In this document: piece after piece, positions 39,085-51,112 of the stretch | Layout of the letters: every line of letters begins with the position of its first letter | Position numbering within the stretch: position 1 is the stretch's first letter | Assembly (NCBI RefSeq): GCF_963921235.1 | Contig: NC_086118.1 | Coordinates: forward strand, 21,144,001-21,208,000 | Source: Mobula hypostoma | Taxonomy: Eukaryota | DNA length: 64,000 bases | Direction: 5' to 3' | Translations under genes and position numbers: made by a program | The notes under the pieces: generated by a model | The model's input: the letters and a program-made list of their open reading frames with translations, nothing else | Told to the model about the DNA's origin: nothing | The model's database searches: none

Positions 39085-39590
39085 CTAATGCTGGAACTCT
39101 AAAATAAGAACAGAAAATTGTAGAAATACTCATTGAGTCAGTCAGCAACTGTAGAAAAGGAAACAATTACTGTTTCAGGTCTGAGACCCTTTGTCAGAAC
39201 ATCATCCTTGCCCTGGCACAAGGCCAGGAAATGTAGGAGGTGGCAGGAAACAGATGAGACAGCGTCTTAGGCTCCATCGCTATGGCTTAGGGAAAGGAAG
39301 GCATTTCAAAGGCACTATATGGAAAATCTCATTTTCAGAAATGATGCAATGGAGCAGAGGAACTGGGAGAATAGAGTGGTGATTTCACAGGAGGCAGGAT
39401 AAGGGGAAGTGCAGTTGAGATACCTAAGGGAGTCTATGGGCTTAGAATGGATATTGGACACTAACATATCCCCGACATGGATACAATGGTATCCAGAAAG
39501 GGAAGTGAAGAATCAGAAATAAATCATGTGAAAGTGAGAGTAGGGTAGAAATTGACAGCACAGTAATTAAATTTTCAAGCTCTGTGCAAG
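39085..39590 (-). mobile_element. Very decayed PLE fragment
   Basis: pLTR-like start and a damaged hammerhead (gtttcaggtctgagaccctttgtcag), followed by RT-like sequence. Confidence 0.55.
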
Positions 39591-40014
39591 TTTCACCACA
39601 GATGGCCAAGGTCTTATGATCATTGTTTCAAAATATTCAATACCCTCAATCTTTTCATGCCTTCAATCTAAAATAACGTTTCCTAGCTACAGACCCCAAG
39701 TTTAACCTCTGTTTTATTTTCTATATGTGTCCTATCTTGATGGCATTATCAGAAATGGAACTTCCAATCATTCTTCACAAACACTTTGGAACTTCACACT
39801 GAGACGTTTGCTCTAGCAACAGCTCTCCCATTTCCAAAGGATCTGCAGGTTGGGAATCTGTCCTCTGAAGCCTTAGCTAAGCACACAATATGGGCAGTAT
39901 GATCTCACAGTTAGAATGGCTCCTGCTTCAAGCTCCAACATCTCGGGGGCAGTCTTTTCTTCTGGTACTGTCTATGTGGAGTTTGCTAGGTTAGTCAGCA
40001 GATTAATTGGCAAA

Positions 40015-40680
40015 ATATATCAAAGTAAATTTATTATCAAAGTACATACATGATACCATATACAACCCTAAGATTCATTTTCTTCTGGGCATCCACAGTA
40101 AATACAAAGAATCACAACTGAATCAATGAAAAACTGCATACAAGAAAGACGACCAAACAACCAATGTGCAAAAGACGACGAACTGTGAAAGCACAAAAAG
40201 GTAATAATAATAATGATCAATAATTATTGAGAACATAAGATATAGAGTTTATAGGTTGTGGAATCAGTTCAATGTTGCGGGGAGTGAAATTATCCCCTCT
40301 GGTTCATAAGCCTGATAGCTGATGGGTAATAACTGTTCCTGAACCTGGTGGCATGGGACTTGAGGCTCATAAACCTCAGCAGTGAGAAGAGAGCATGGCT
40401 TGGATGGTGGGGGTCCTTGAGACAATGCTCCATATAAATGTGCTCAATGGTGGAGAGGGCTTTACTTATGATGGACTGGGCTGTATCCATGACTTTTGTA
40501 GGTTTTTCTGTTTAAGGGCCTTGATGTTCCCATCATATACTCTTCACCACGCATCTATAGAAGTTTGTCAAAGTTTTAGATTGACTTGCCAAATCTGTGC
40601 AAACTTCTAAGAAAGTACAGGTGTTGCTGCACCTTCTTTGTAATAGCACTTACAGTATGTGCTGGACCCAAGACAGATAA
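40015..40680 (-). mobile_element. Rex1/Babar 3' fragment
   Basis: KDPHHPSHALFSLL..TRFRNSYYPSAIRLMN. Confidence 0.8.
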
Positions 40681-41925
40681 CTACTTAACCTGATAGAAAG
40701 TTTCTCACTTACTGAGTTATCAGTAGCTTTATGAACAACCTAAGCTATACAGTCACTTAATCTAGAATAATCATTGAGATAACTCTTGTGAACAGCCTTC
40801 AAAATTATATTCCAATTGAGTTTCATTTCAAAGTGAAATAAGGTTTTCCATTTTCCTGTTTTGATAGCTTTCATCAAAGTTAGTCACTAACATCTGTATT
40901 TTTCACTTCTGTGCTGGCAGCATAAGACTGAAACTGTGCAGATGTGCCATATGATTCCTAGCGAAGCTGGGTGAATATTATGTACTCACTGGAGACAGAT
41001 CCTTTCTTGAAACTTAGGAGCGAGGATCTTGACCACATTAATAATTCTTACAACCTGATATCCGTGACATTGATCAATATCTTTGGTGCTGACGAGACCT
41101 ACGTACTTTTATAAGATCTTTCAAATACCTTTTTCACTATTTTGCAATGGTTTATGAGTGAACTTTTTTGCAGATGCTGTGTAATTTGAGTAATGGAAAA
41201 CAAGGAATTCTTTCAGCTGCTGTTTTTGATCCTCGAAGCCCAGGTCTTGAGTATTCTTTTTCTAATTCTTTCCGAGTGTACAAAACTTGTATGATTAAAT
41301 GGGATTTTCTTCCCTCTTTTCTATTTATGTAAGACACCTTTAACTAAATGATTTTTTTTTATTTTGTCAAAGCAGAGTAATAACTTGGTGAAGCTACCTA
41401 GGACAAACAGAGTATGTTAACAGTAGGAAGACTGTATTCTTCAGAGATTTGTGCTGGGCACCACACTATCTCAGCATGGATTAAAGAAGTGATAATAAAT
41501 CAGTTTGGTTGCAAGTCTATGCCCAGGATGAAAAGGGGAATGTCCAATGTGACATCTGAGTGAGAAAAAATATTTTTATTCATCATAGAACGATCATGTA
41601 GGTCCTCACTCATGGAATAAATGTGTCAACTGCTGTTTTTTGGCACACATTAAATACGTAAAAGAAAGAATATGAAAAGCTGTCACCTTCACACTACTTA
41701 TCTCAGACACTAGATCAAAAGGAACATAATAGGATAATTATCCTAACAGCTCATTGAGGAGTTGCAGGTTAAGTCCAACACTCATGTTTGTTTTGACAGC
41801 ATTCTAATTTTTTAAGGTAGCTAACACATCTTTTTGAACTGATGAAAGTACAACATCCAAGACCAAACAAAACATTGGGAGTATAAAATAAGCTGAAAAG
41901 TCAAAATTTCAGAGTGAAGCCTTAC

Positions 41926-42050
41926 TCTAAAACAGCATGTGTGGCAGCCTCCAAGTGATAGCGATAGACAAGAAGGCAATGATCCACTCGAAACACGCCT
42001 CCTCCTTTCCGAAGACTTTCATAGAAGAACAGCAAATCCTCAGGAACACC
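41926..42050 (-). CDS. B3GNTL1: Next coding exon of B3GNTL1/QTGAL, 125 nt, phase 0/2
   Basis: The minus strand reads tatatctctAG|GGT GTT CCT GAG GAT...GTT TTA GA|GTaagg and translates to [41 protein letters not shown](E). This matches human [23 protein letters not shown]...AATHCVLE as recalled and contains the GT2 ED motif. Confidence 0.95.
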
Positions 42051-42149
42051 CTAGAGATATACATAAATGACAGATTAGGGTTTGCAATGCAAGCATCTAG
42101 TTTACTGAAAAACTTCAAGTTCAAGTTTATTGTCATCTTTCTATACATA

Positions 42150-42689
42150 GGTTGTTCGTCCATCGTCGTTGTCGATGAAGACCTCGACACCATTGATGGT
42201 GTCAAGACTAGCGTGTGATTTGGATTTAAGTGAGGGAGAGTTGCGCAGCGTCAGCCTCACTCTCTCTTCCCAATTCCCATCTGGATCCAGTGGCAAGACA
42301 GAGTCGAGACAGCTGGAGATGGCTCTAGGCGCAGTGGATGACTAGGACGTCTTCTGTGTCTTGTCGTGCTCTACACGTTCCACGACGCTTGCAGAGACCG
42401 TTGGACCTTCCACTGGTCTCATCCACTCAATAGCCGGAGTCTGTCTTCATATGCTGGGATAGACAACTCCCTATCTCACCGAGGGTTTTGAGACCCGTCG
42501 GCTACCTTCACCTGGTTTAGCTGGCTTGTCGAAGCCGTTGCCCAGGGTGTGGCCACTGTCGCATGCAAACAGCTACGGGGAGCCACAGGTGAGAGCTCAG
42601 TGCCAGGTGGGGACCAAAGATGGACTAACCGCCTTGAAAAGGACGCTACATGTTCTCCCACCAGAGGTGCTACCCCTCCCTGGCACCCC
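42150..42689 (-). mobile_element. Non-autonomous RTE-derived element inserted in a Rex1-type tail
   Basis: Contains gttcgtccatc..ggatttaagtgagggag..cagcctcact..catctggatccagtggcaaga..ctggagatggc, which I recall from RTE-derived repeats. It interrupts a LINE tail. Confidence 0.6.
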
Positions 42690-43871
42690 ATACACCCACA
42701 TACACAACCAAACGAAACAATGTTCCTCCAGATCATGATATGCCCACAAAACACATAAAACAAAATATTTCCATTAATAAATATAATTCACAATACATGT
42801 AGTGTGTAGTACAAGTAAACAGTAAACAGCTTGCTGTCCTAATTACAAGACCTCTATGATGGCAGGGTATTCATTGGTCTCACAGCCTTAGGGGAAAAAC
42901 TTAAAGCATTTAACTGCGCTAGACCTGGAATGGTGAAACTTGATTTTAACACAGGTTGAGTAGGGGTATTAGCAATGGTCACAGAGAGATGTGGTTGGTT
43001 CTTAAAAGGATGTAGGCAGGAAACAATATATCCATCCACAATGGCAACATTTGTAGAGGGAAAAATAAGTAGTCTATTTTTGGTTGTTCAAAGATCCTCC
43101 AGGTGAGGTGGAGAGAAAAGTGATACTTGGAGATGTAATGAAGTCCATAGACTGTGAAGGCAGAGCCAGAAGAGGAAAGTACAGCTGGTTGCCTAAAGGA
43201 CAAGAGTTATCAAGGAATAGTTAGAAGGATGAAAAACATGGAAAATGTCCAACTGTGGCTTGAGCCTAAAAAGGAGTTTTGCTAAGAATGAAGCTTCAGT
43301 CAACATGTAGACTAGTAATATTCCATCCGTTTCCTGCAACTGTTCCCTGTAAATTGAAATCTGAATGTGATGGGTCATCCAGTGTGAAGTGGGTTCCAGT
43401 ATTTCACCTGAGAACAGCCAAGAATGCTAATTATCCTTTAGACGGACTTGAATTCTCAATACGTTCATCACTTCGACTGAATGTTAATACGGTTGCTTTC
43501 TGCAGTATACAAATGAATCGGGTCTATCTGTCAGCTAGTCATATGGTCTTTGGCTTTCAGCATGTTTAGTAGGACCATGCAATGAAGCAGGTCTTCTGAA
43601 AAGCAGCAAGTCCACTGAACCTACTGTTTGCACAGGCTCGGACCACACTGTTATATTCAATGTGCACAAGGGTGCACTCTTTCAATGCAGAAAATCTTTT
43701 CTGCGTCCACCCCCAAGTGGCCTTGACAAGAGAGTGGAGCCCCATCCTCCTAGGTACACCCACTATTAAAGCTGCCAAATGACAGCAGCATGGTAAAATG
43801 TTGTGATGAGTCTTGTGAGAGTTTATAGACATTTTATTTTTCTTGATGCTGCAAGTGAACCAGAGTTAATA

Positions 43872-44850
43872 TAAACACAAGAAATACTGCAGATGCTGGA
43901 AATCCAAAGTAACAGACACAAAATGCGGGAGAAACTCAGCAGGTCAGGCAGCTTCTATGGAAATGAATACACAGTTGATATTTTGGGCTGAGACCATGCT
44001 TCAGGACTGTAAAGGAAGGGGGATGAAGCCAGAGTAAGAAGGTGAGGGGAGGGGAAAGAGTACAAAAGAGGTTAATAGGCAGGCGTTGCACCTCTTCTGA
44101 CTGCAGGAATAAGTGCCAGGAAGGAGATGAATGGGGAAGGATGAATGGACAAGGGAATCACGGAGGGTGCGATCCCTGTGGAAAGTGAAGAGTGGGGGGT
44201 GGGGGAAGGAGGTAAAGATGTGTTTGGTGGTAAGGTCCCATAGAAGATGGCGGAAGTTGTGGAGAATGATGTGCTGGATGCAGAGGCTCATGCATGAGGA
44301 CAAGAGAAACTCTATCCCTGCTAAGGTAGCAGGAAGATGGGGTGAAGGCAGGTGGCCAGCAGAAAGAGGAGATGCAGGTAAGGGCAGCATCAATGGTGGA
44401 GGAAGGGACACCCTATTCTTTGAAGAAGGAAGGCAGTCCTGGTATTCTGGAAAGAAAAGCCTCAGCCTGGGAACAGATGCAGTGGACATGAAGGAACTGA
44501 GAAAAGGGAATATCACTTTTTTTTTTACAGGAGACAGGGTGGAAAGAGGTATAGTCAAGATTGTCATGGGAGTTGGTAGGTTTATAAAAGATATCAGTAG
44601 CCTGTTTGTCTCCAGAGATGGAGACAGAGAGAATGAGAAAGGGGAGACAGGTGTCAGAAATGGACCAAGGGAATTTAAGGGCAGGATGAAAGTTGGAGCA
44701 TACTTGATGAGATTGATGAGCTCAGCATGGGTGCATGAAACAGCATCAATGCAATCGTCAATGTAGCACAGAAAGAGTTGGGGAGCATTACCAGGGAAGG
44801 AATGGAACATAATGAAAAGACAGGCACAGCCGGGGCCCATGCGGGTGTTA
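43872..44850 (-). mobile_element. Penelope-like element, decayed RT and pLTR
   Basis: MGPGCACLF..FLCYIDDCI and FHRDRTLRDSLVHS motifs; pLTR at 43872-44010. Confidence 0.88.
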
Positions 44851-45054
44851 GCATGTCATGTTAACATTAACCAGAGTCAATATGTCAGTTCTATTGTCAG
44901 AATCATCACTGATGGTAGAAACATGTCTGTTCCTCTGTCCATGGATGCTGTCTGATCTGTTGAGGATTGGCAGCATCTGTTAGAAGATGACAGGTGAAGT
45001 CAGGTGAGTGTGTGGCCTAAATTATTTTTTTTTCTCTAGGCAGCCTTTGCCCTC

Positions 45055-47680
45055 TTAGATTAGATTAGATTAGATTCAACTTTATTGTCATTGTGCCATG
45101 TACAGATACAAAACCAGTGAAATGCATTTAGCATCTGACCAAAAATGCAAAGAATAGCGTTATTTACAAAATAACTGTGAATAAAAAAAAGTGCTACAGC
45201 ACACAAATATAAAAGTACTGAGACAGTACAATACGGATGCAATACTGCTTAGCGCTGTGATGAGAGGTTCAGCAGTTTCATAGCCTCAGGGAAGAAGCTC
45301 TTCCTGTGCCTGCTGATGTGGGAGCAGAGGCTCCTGTAGCACCTACCGGATGGGAGGAGAGTAAAAAGTCCATGGTTAGCGTGAGATGCATCCTTGATAA
45401 TGCTTTTCGCCCTGCCCAGGCAGCGTTTATGGCAGATGTTCTCAATGGTGGGCAATTGGGTGCCGATAATCCGCTGGGCAGTTTTCACCACATGCTGGAG
45501 TGCTTTGCGGATAAGGTTTCTATCGCTGCTGAGAGCTGTCCCGTTCCTGGACGTGAAGGAAATGCCCCGGGCTTTTAGTTGGAAGCACACCTCTTCGTTC
45601 AGCCAGGATTTTGGTTGGGTTGCGAGATGACAGTTCTTGAGGTACCAACGTCATCTACACACTCATCTGCGTCTTCTCTGTTCGTGGCGGCCACCATGAC
45701 TGCTAGTTAGTCCATTCAAAACAGTCCTGAAGCATCGAGATTCCCTCATTAGGCCATACAGTGATGGTCCTCGTCTCCATTTTCAGCAGAGTACAGTATG
45801 CCGGCATTAACGTTGTGGAAATGTAGTTAGACAGGTCAAGATGAGGGTGTGGGATGGCTTTGCAAGTACTATGTCTGTATAAGCATGGACCAGTCTATTT
45901 GTTCCCCTAGTGAGCATGGTGACGTGTTGGTGGAATTTGGGTAAACTGTCATTCAGATTAACATGACTGAAGTCTCCTGCAATTATGAAGAGACCGTCCG
46001 GATGCTTGTTTTGTAGAGAGCTGACGATACTCTAAAGCTCTCCCAGTGGGCTCCTTGGTGTTTGAGCTCAGGGGGATGTAGACAGTGATGATGAACACAA
46101 CAGTACACTCCCTGAGCAGATAATGTGGCTGGCATTTAATTGTAAGATGTTCAATTGCCCCAGAACAGTGACTGCTAACTACAGATGAGTTTGTACACCA
46201 ACCTTCGTTAACGTACACACAAATTCCTGTCTGAACGGAACAAGGTCAACCTGTCCAGTTGAAGCACCGAGTCAGGTATATTGGTGTTTAACCATGTTTC
46301 AGCACAAACCAGAATGCAGCAGTTTCCCATCTCTTTCAGTGTGTTGGGCTCCCCTATAATGACTAGGCTGGCAGGTAGCTCGGGGTGGCGTAGACAGTGC
46401 CCCGCTAGTTGCAGTCTTCTCGCCTGATTTTAGTGGTGAGCATCGGTAAGTCGTCATAGAGCTCGATGTTCGTCATGTGCTGTTGCCAACTGACGTCAAG
46501 AGCCATCTGGAGCATTCGTGTATAGCAACCATCTAGAGACTTTCGCATAGTCTTGGCGAGTGTCCACCTCTCACATCTGTGCATGAGAATGGACTCTGTA
46601 GCTGCTAGAAGATCCTCCTTTTAAGCGCTTGGCCAGGTTCGACTTCCAGATTTCCTTCATGTCATTCATAGCCCTCCATGCCAGCACCTTCCGTATCTTT
46701 ATGTCCTCCTCCGAACTCATCATTCTTGACGCGAGGTACTTGAAGTCAAAGACTTTCTTAATGGTATCATTCTTTACGGTCTTGAGAGTACCTTCGTCGC
46801 AGTTAAAAGCCATGTACTCTGTCTTTTTAGCGTTTAGGAGAAGTCCAATTTTATTGCACTCAATTTCCACTTTTGTCAGTAGCTGTTGTGCTTCCTCCAT
46901 CCGGTCAGAGAGCAGGACTATGTTATCTGCAAAATCGAGATCTGTGAGTGTAACTGGTCTGACCCTTTTGGTTCGTCCTGGTTTTATGGTAAAACCAAGC
47001 TTGTCATGATCTTTGATAGCTTGAGGTAGAGCGTAATCAAGGACGATTATAAAGACGTACGGTGCCAGAGTGTTTCCTTGCAGCACACCAGCTAGGAGCT
47101 CGAACACTGCTGTTTCTCCGTCTGGTGATAAAACTTTCGCCATGGTTTTGGTATAGCTGGACTCTATTATTCTCAGTAGACGGTCTGGCACTCCGTGAGC
47201 TTTCATCATATGGGAGCCCAAGCATGGGAGGATGAACCCTAGGCGCCCTCCCAAGACTATGGTCAACACGCTCCTAGAAGACAGCGGCGCGGCTAATGTA
47301 GATGAACTGAACACACTGATGAGGGAGATGGAGAAGTGGAGAGTCCGTCATTGTGCGCAACGCCAGCCCCCTAGGCCTGAGTCGACATAGTAGTAGTTCT
47401 GTGTGTTCATTCTCATTCTCGGTGAGTCCATTTTATTATCTAGTGAGCGGACACTGGCCAGGAAAAGTCAAGCCGAGTTAGCTCTCAGCCCCAGCTCTCT
47501 TGCCACGTTTCTGCTTCCTCTCACACTGCCCATAATCTCGGCTGAGCCTCTCAGGCCAGATCGCTGTCACGAGGCCTGCTGTCCACAGAATCCCTATTCT
47601 GTTGAGCACCGCTATTAACTTGGCTGCCAGCGGATTAAACGTAATTTTGTCTAAGAGTTCAGCTGTATTCACAGAGCTTT
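45055..47680 (-). mobile_element. Rex1/Babar LINE (N-terminus, EN, 3' end), internally deleted and hosting an RTE insertion
   Basis: RKQKRGKRAG N-terminus, YVNEGWCTN..VYIP, and FTLLPSGR..SFFPEA motifs, with an (attag)n tail. Confidence 0.85.
46346..47396. mobile_element. RTE LINE insertion with a 5' inversion (twin-priming type)
   Basis: RT (GVLQGNTLAP, LDFADNI) on the minus strand at about 46346-47205; 3' end and (agt)n tail on the plus strand at about 47205-47396. TSD ttc(a/t)gtgtgtt at 46335-46345 and 47397-47407. Confidence 0.88.
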
Positions 47681-49620
47681 GGCTGACTGAAATTCCAGAC
47701 TAGAAACTTTGAAATACCATCTAAGAATTTAAAGTTAGCACCATTATTGTGTGCTGGAGAAGCCCTGCATCTCTGCATGCTGCCATCTCAATACCTTCAT
47801 AAATATTAACCAAATGATGAATAAGCAGATTCCTTTTTCCTTTGTAGTTACTGAAGGAATGTTTAGAATGATTATGATCTGCAGATGTTGTTGAATGCTT
47901 GCCATGCTAGGCTCTTCTGGGCCTTTGCTTTCTTTTCTACCCCAATTAAGGGACATAGAAATAATTTACTTTCTGTGCCAAACTCAAGCTTAAATGATAA
48001 TACCAGAAAGGGATGAATTTCTATACAAACAATTGCTATCCAGACAACTTGACTCAGTAACAGACATGGACTGCAATGATAATGAAACCACATCACAGAT
48101 AGCTTTCCTTCCCTCTTTCCCTTCATGGCATGTGATCTATCTCAGCAGTCCCGACACTTTGAGTAGGGTCTGCAACTCTTCACTCTTGGCCCATGCAATC
48201 TGCCTACATGCACATCAATTACTGCACTTTGCTGTTTACATCAAAGCCCCGGTAACAACTCCTCAGCCAGGATTGGGTTTAATTAAAATAAAATTCCTTT
48301 GAGAGAAAATTTATGTTTGTATTTAATCCTCTTGAAGCATGACGTTAATGAGACTCAATGATACTACAGAACCATTCACTGAAACATTAAGCAAGTAAAT
48401 ACTGTGCACAAGATGTTCAATGGTTTCTATCAAATTAGAGTATTTTAATTGGGGAATCTTATTATCAAAGGTCATGCTGCTTTGGAATTTCCCCCACCTC
48501 CACACAACCTTTTTTTAGCCTTCAGTCTGGGCTATACAAATTTGTTACGATCTTAACAGTTTCTCTCATATACAAATACCCTCCTTTCTCCCTAGCTTCT
48601 TCCAGCCATTAAACCTCATCAAAAATTCTACATTTCTACAGCTCTGGCCCATGCACTGAGCCCTTCATCCCCATATGTTTGTGTTTTAAAGCTGTTGTCA
48701 GTCACGAGTCCAGTGGCGCAGCAGGAGATCAGATACGTTGGCATCTTGGTCTCCAGATTATCTTTGCCTTCTGCATTTCAACAGGCAGATGTAGAAGTTA
48801 GGGACAAACAGATCTAAGGGTGGTTCTTCACAACAATCAGTGGTCAGGTATAAGTGTGCTTTAGACCCATTTATTCTGGGGAAGCCCTTCGGGACATTTC
48901 CCATGTGAAAGATAAGGTTTTGTTGCTGAAATGCTGGCAGTGTTTCTTGATAACCATCAATGCCTCTAGTCATTCAGCTTCTGACCAGGAAAAGATGGTG
49001 ACCCAGATACTGAGGCTTAAAAGTATTAAAACCATTAAGAGATAATATCTGTAGATTATTATTACAGACTATTAAAACAATTTCAAAATCAATAAATTAA
49101 CTAAAACCTGCCTCAAAGTCATCGTCAAGATTATTGTCATTTGCACGTGTGCAATGAAAAGCTTACTTGCAGCATCATCAGAGGTACATAGCATCATATA
49201 AGCAACATTCACAACTAAATCATAAATTAAGCACAATTATTATCAGAGAAAACACAATTAGAACAAAAAAGAACTCAATTTTATGCAAAGTGATCAGCCA
49301 GTTGCTAAACTGTAGTGTTTAGAGTTGTGCTGATTGGTTCAAGAACCATGTGGTTGAAGGGAAATGCAGTCACTGTTCCATGTCTAACCTGACACAGGTT
49401 GTTCAACTGACACAACTTTACACTCTGCCACTGTGCCCCACGCGGGGTGCACCCTTGCAGTGCAGAATACCAGAGATAGCTGACAGCATTTTCAGAAATT
49501 CCACATTCATGCAGAAAGCCTTTGGATGCAGCAATTTAAAGTGGAAAATGTTGGCAGTGCAAGAAAAGTGGATAAAAAACCTCTGAATCTCCCTTTATCC
49601 TGTATTCTAAGTGTACTCAC

Positions 49621-49716
49621 CTTTCCGCTTTCGTCAAACTTTCCAATGGAGTCAAACCATTCTCGAGAGCAGAACCATGTTGGCATGATGACAGTGGGAC
49701 CATGGGAAGTAAAGAC
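49621..49716 (-). CDS. B3GNTL1: Internal coding exon of B3GNTL1/QTGAL (GT2 glycosyltransferase), 96 nt, phase 0/0
   Basis: The minus strand reads tctttcttcttggcAG|GTC TTT ACT...GGA AAG|GTgagt and translates to [32 protein letters not shown]. This matches vertebrate B3GNTL1 as I recall it ([15 protein letters not shown]). Splice sites are canonical and the exon joins the next one in frame. Confidence 0.93.
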
Positions 49717-49789
49717 CTGCCAAGAAGAAAGACCGTTTCAATAAATAACATATTATCTAACTCTCCAATTTAGAAGCCTCCATGTATCT

Positions 49790-50600
49790 TACGTATGAGT
49801 GTGAGGCTAAGTACAGCTCCAATGTCATACATATGTTTGCTGACGACACCACTGTTGTTAGCTGAATCAACTGAAAATCTAGCTGAATAGTGCCATAACA
49901 ACAAGAACCCTTCAGTCAATGTCAGCAAAATCAGGAGCTGGTTATTGACTTTGGGAGAAGGAAAACAGAGGTTCATGAGCCAGTCTTCATCAGGGTATCA
50001 GAGGTGGAGAACATTAAATTCCTCATTATTATCATTTCAGAGAGTCTATCCTCGGTCCACCACTTAAATGTCATTACAGTGAAGGACTGCTGTGCCTTTA
50101 CCTAGAAGTTTGCAAAGATTTGGCATGTCATCTAAAACTTTAAAAAACATCTATAGGTGTTTGATGGAGTGTATACTGACTGGTTGCATCACAGCCTGTT
50201 ATGGAAACACCAATGCACTTGAACAAAAAAGCCTACAAAAAGTAATGGGTAAAGCCCAGACCATCGCAGGTAAAGCCCTCCCACCCACTGAGTACATCTG
50301 CAAGGAGTGCTGTCGCAGGAAAGCAACATCCATCACTAAGGACCCCTATCATCCAGGCCATGCTCTCTTCTCACTGCTGTAATCAGGAAGGAGCTGCAGG
50401 AGTTTCAGGTCCCACACCAACAGGTCCAGGAACAGTTATTACCACTCAACCATCAGGCTTTTGAACGAGAGGGAATAACTTCACTCACTCCAACAATGAA
50501 CTGATTCCATAACCTTTGGACTCACTTTCAAGAAATTTACAACTTATGTTCTCAATAGTTATTACTTATTCACTTAGTATATATGTTTTTGCTTTTCAAA
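49790..50600 (+). mobile_element. Decayed Rex1/Babar RT 3' part
   Basis: FADDTTV, ILTGCITACYG and KDPYHPGHALFSLL motifs. Confidence 0.85.
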
Positions 50601-50953
50601 TTTAAATAAATTTAATTAGCACTTTATAACTTGTCCTTTTAACTTATAACTCATACATTTTAACTTATACTTATAACTTTTTAACTTATACATTCTGATT
50701 CAGCTATCTACCAGCAATGCTGGTGAGCAGCAGATATTACCTTCTTTTCCCTGTACTGCATCACTGAACGTGAGGTGGTGTGACCTCCTGGCCGAATTGT
50801 TTTTTGTGACTGTCCCGCTTATTGCACCTCATGTTTTGAACCAAGCAGATTGCAGGTTAATCTTCCAATTGGTTTATCCCTAGTCCTTGATTGGCTATAC
50901 TTTAACAATTCAGCAGAGGCCCCATTTTGTAAATCAAGGTGATTACAGTAAAA

Positions 50954-51112
50954 CACACAAAATTCTGGCGGATCTCAGCGGACCAGGCAGCATCTATGGA
51001 AAAGAGAACAGTGATTGTACTCTTTTCCATAGATGCTGCCTGATCTGCTGAGTTCCTCCAGCATTTTGTGTTTGTTGCTTGGATTTCCAGCATCTGCAGA
51101 TTTTCTTTTGTT
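50954..51112. mobile_element. PLE pLTR fold-back insertion lacking the hammerhead core
   Basis: Inverted arms meet at about 51012; TSD ggtgatta(ca/tc)gtaaaa at 50938-50953 and 51113-51128. Confidence 0.85.

Noticed and set aside
40990..41054. Minus-strand segment ending in a strong GTGAGT donor
   Set aside because: The acceptor is poor and the translation (VVRIINVVKILAPKF) does not resemble B3GNTL1.
42560..42689. Possible HDV-like ribozyme at the 5' end of the RTE-derived element
   Set aside because: Some helices exist (ggtgccagg/cctggcact), but I could not build the nested double pseudoknot.
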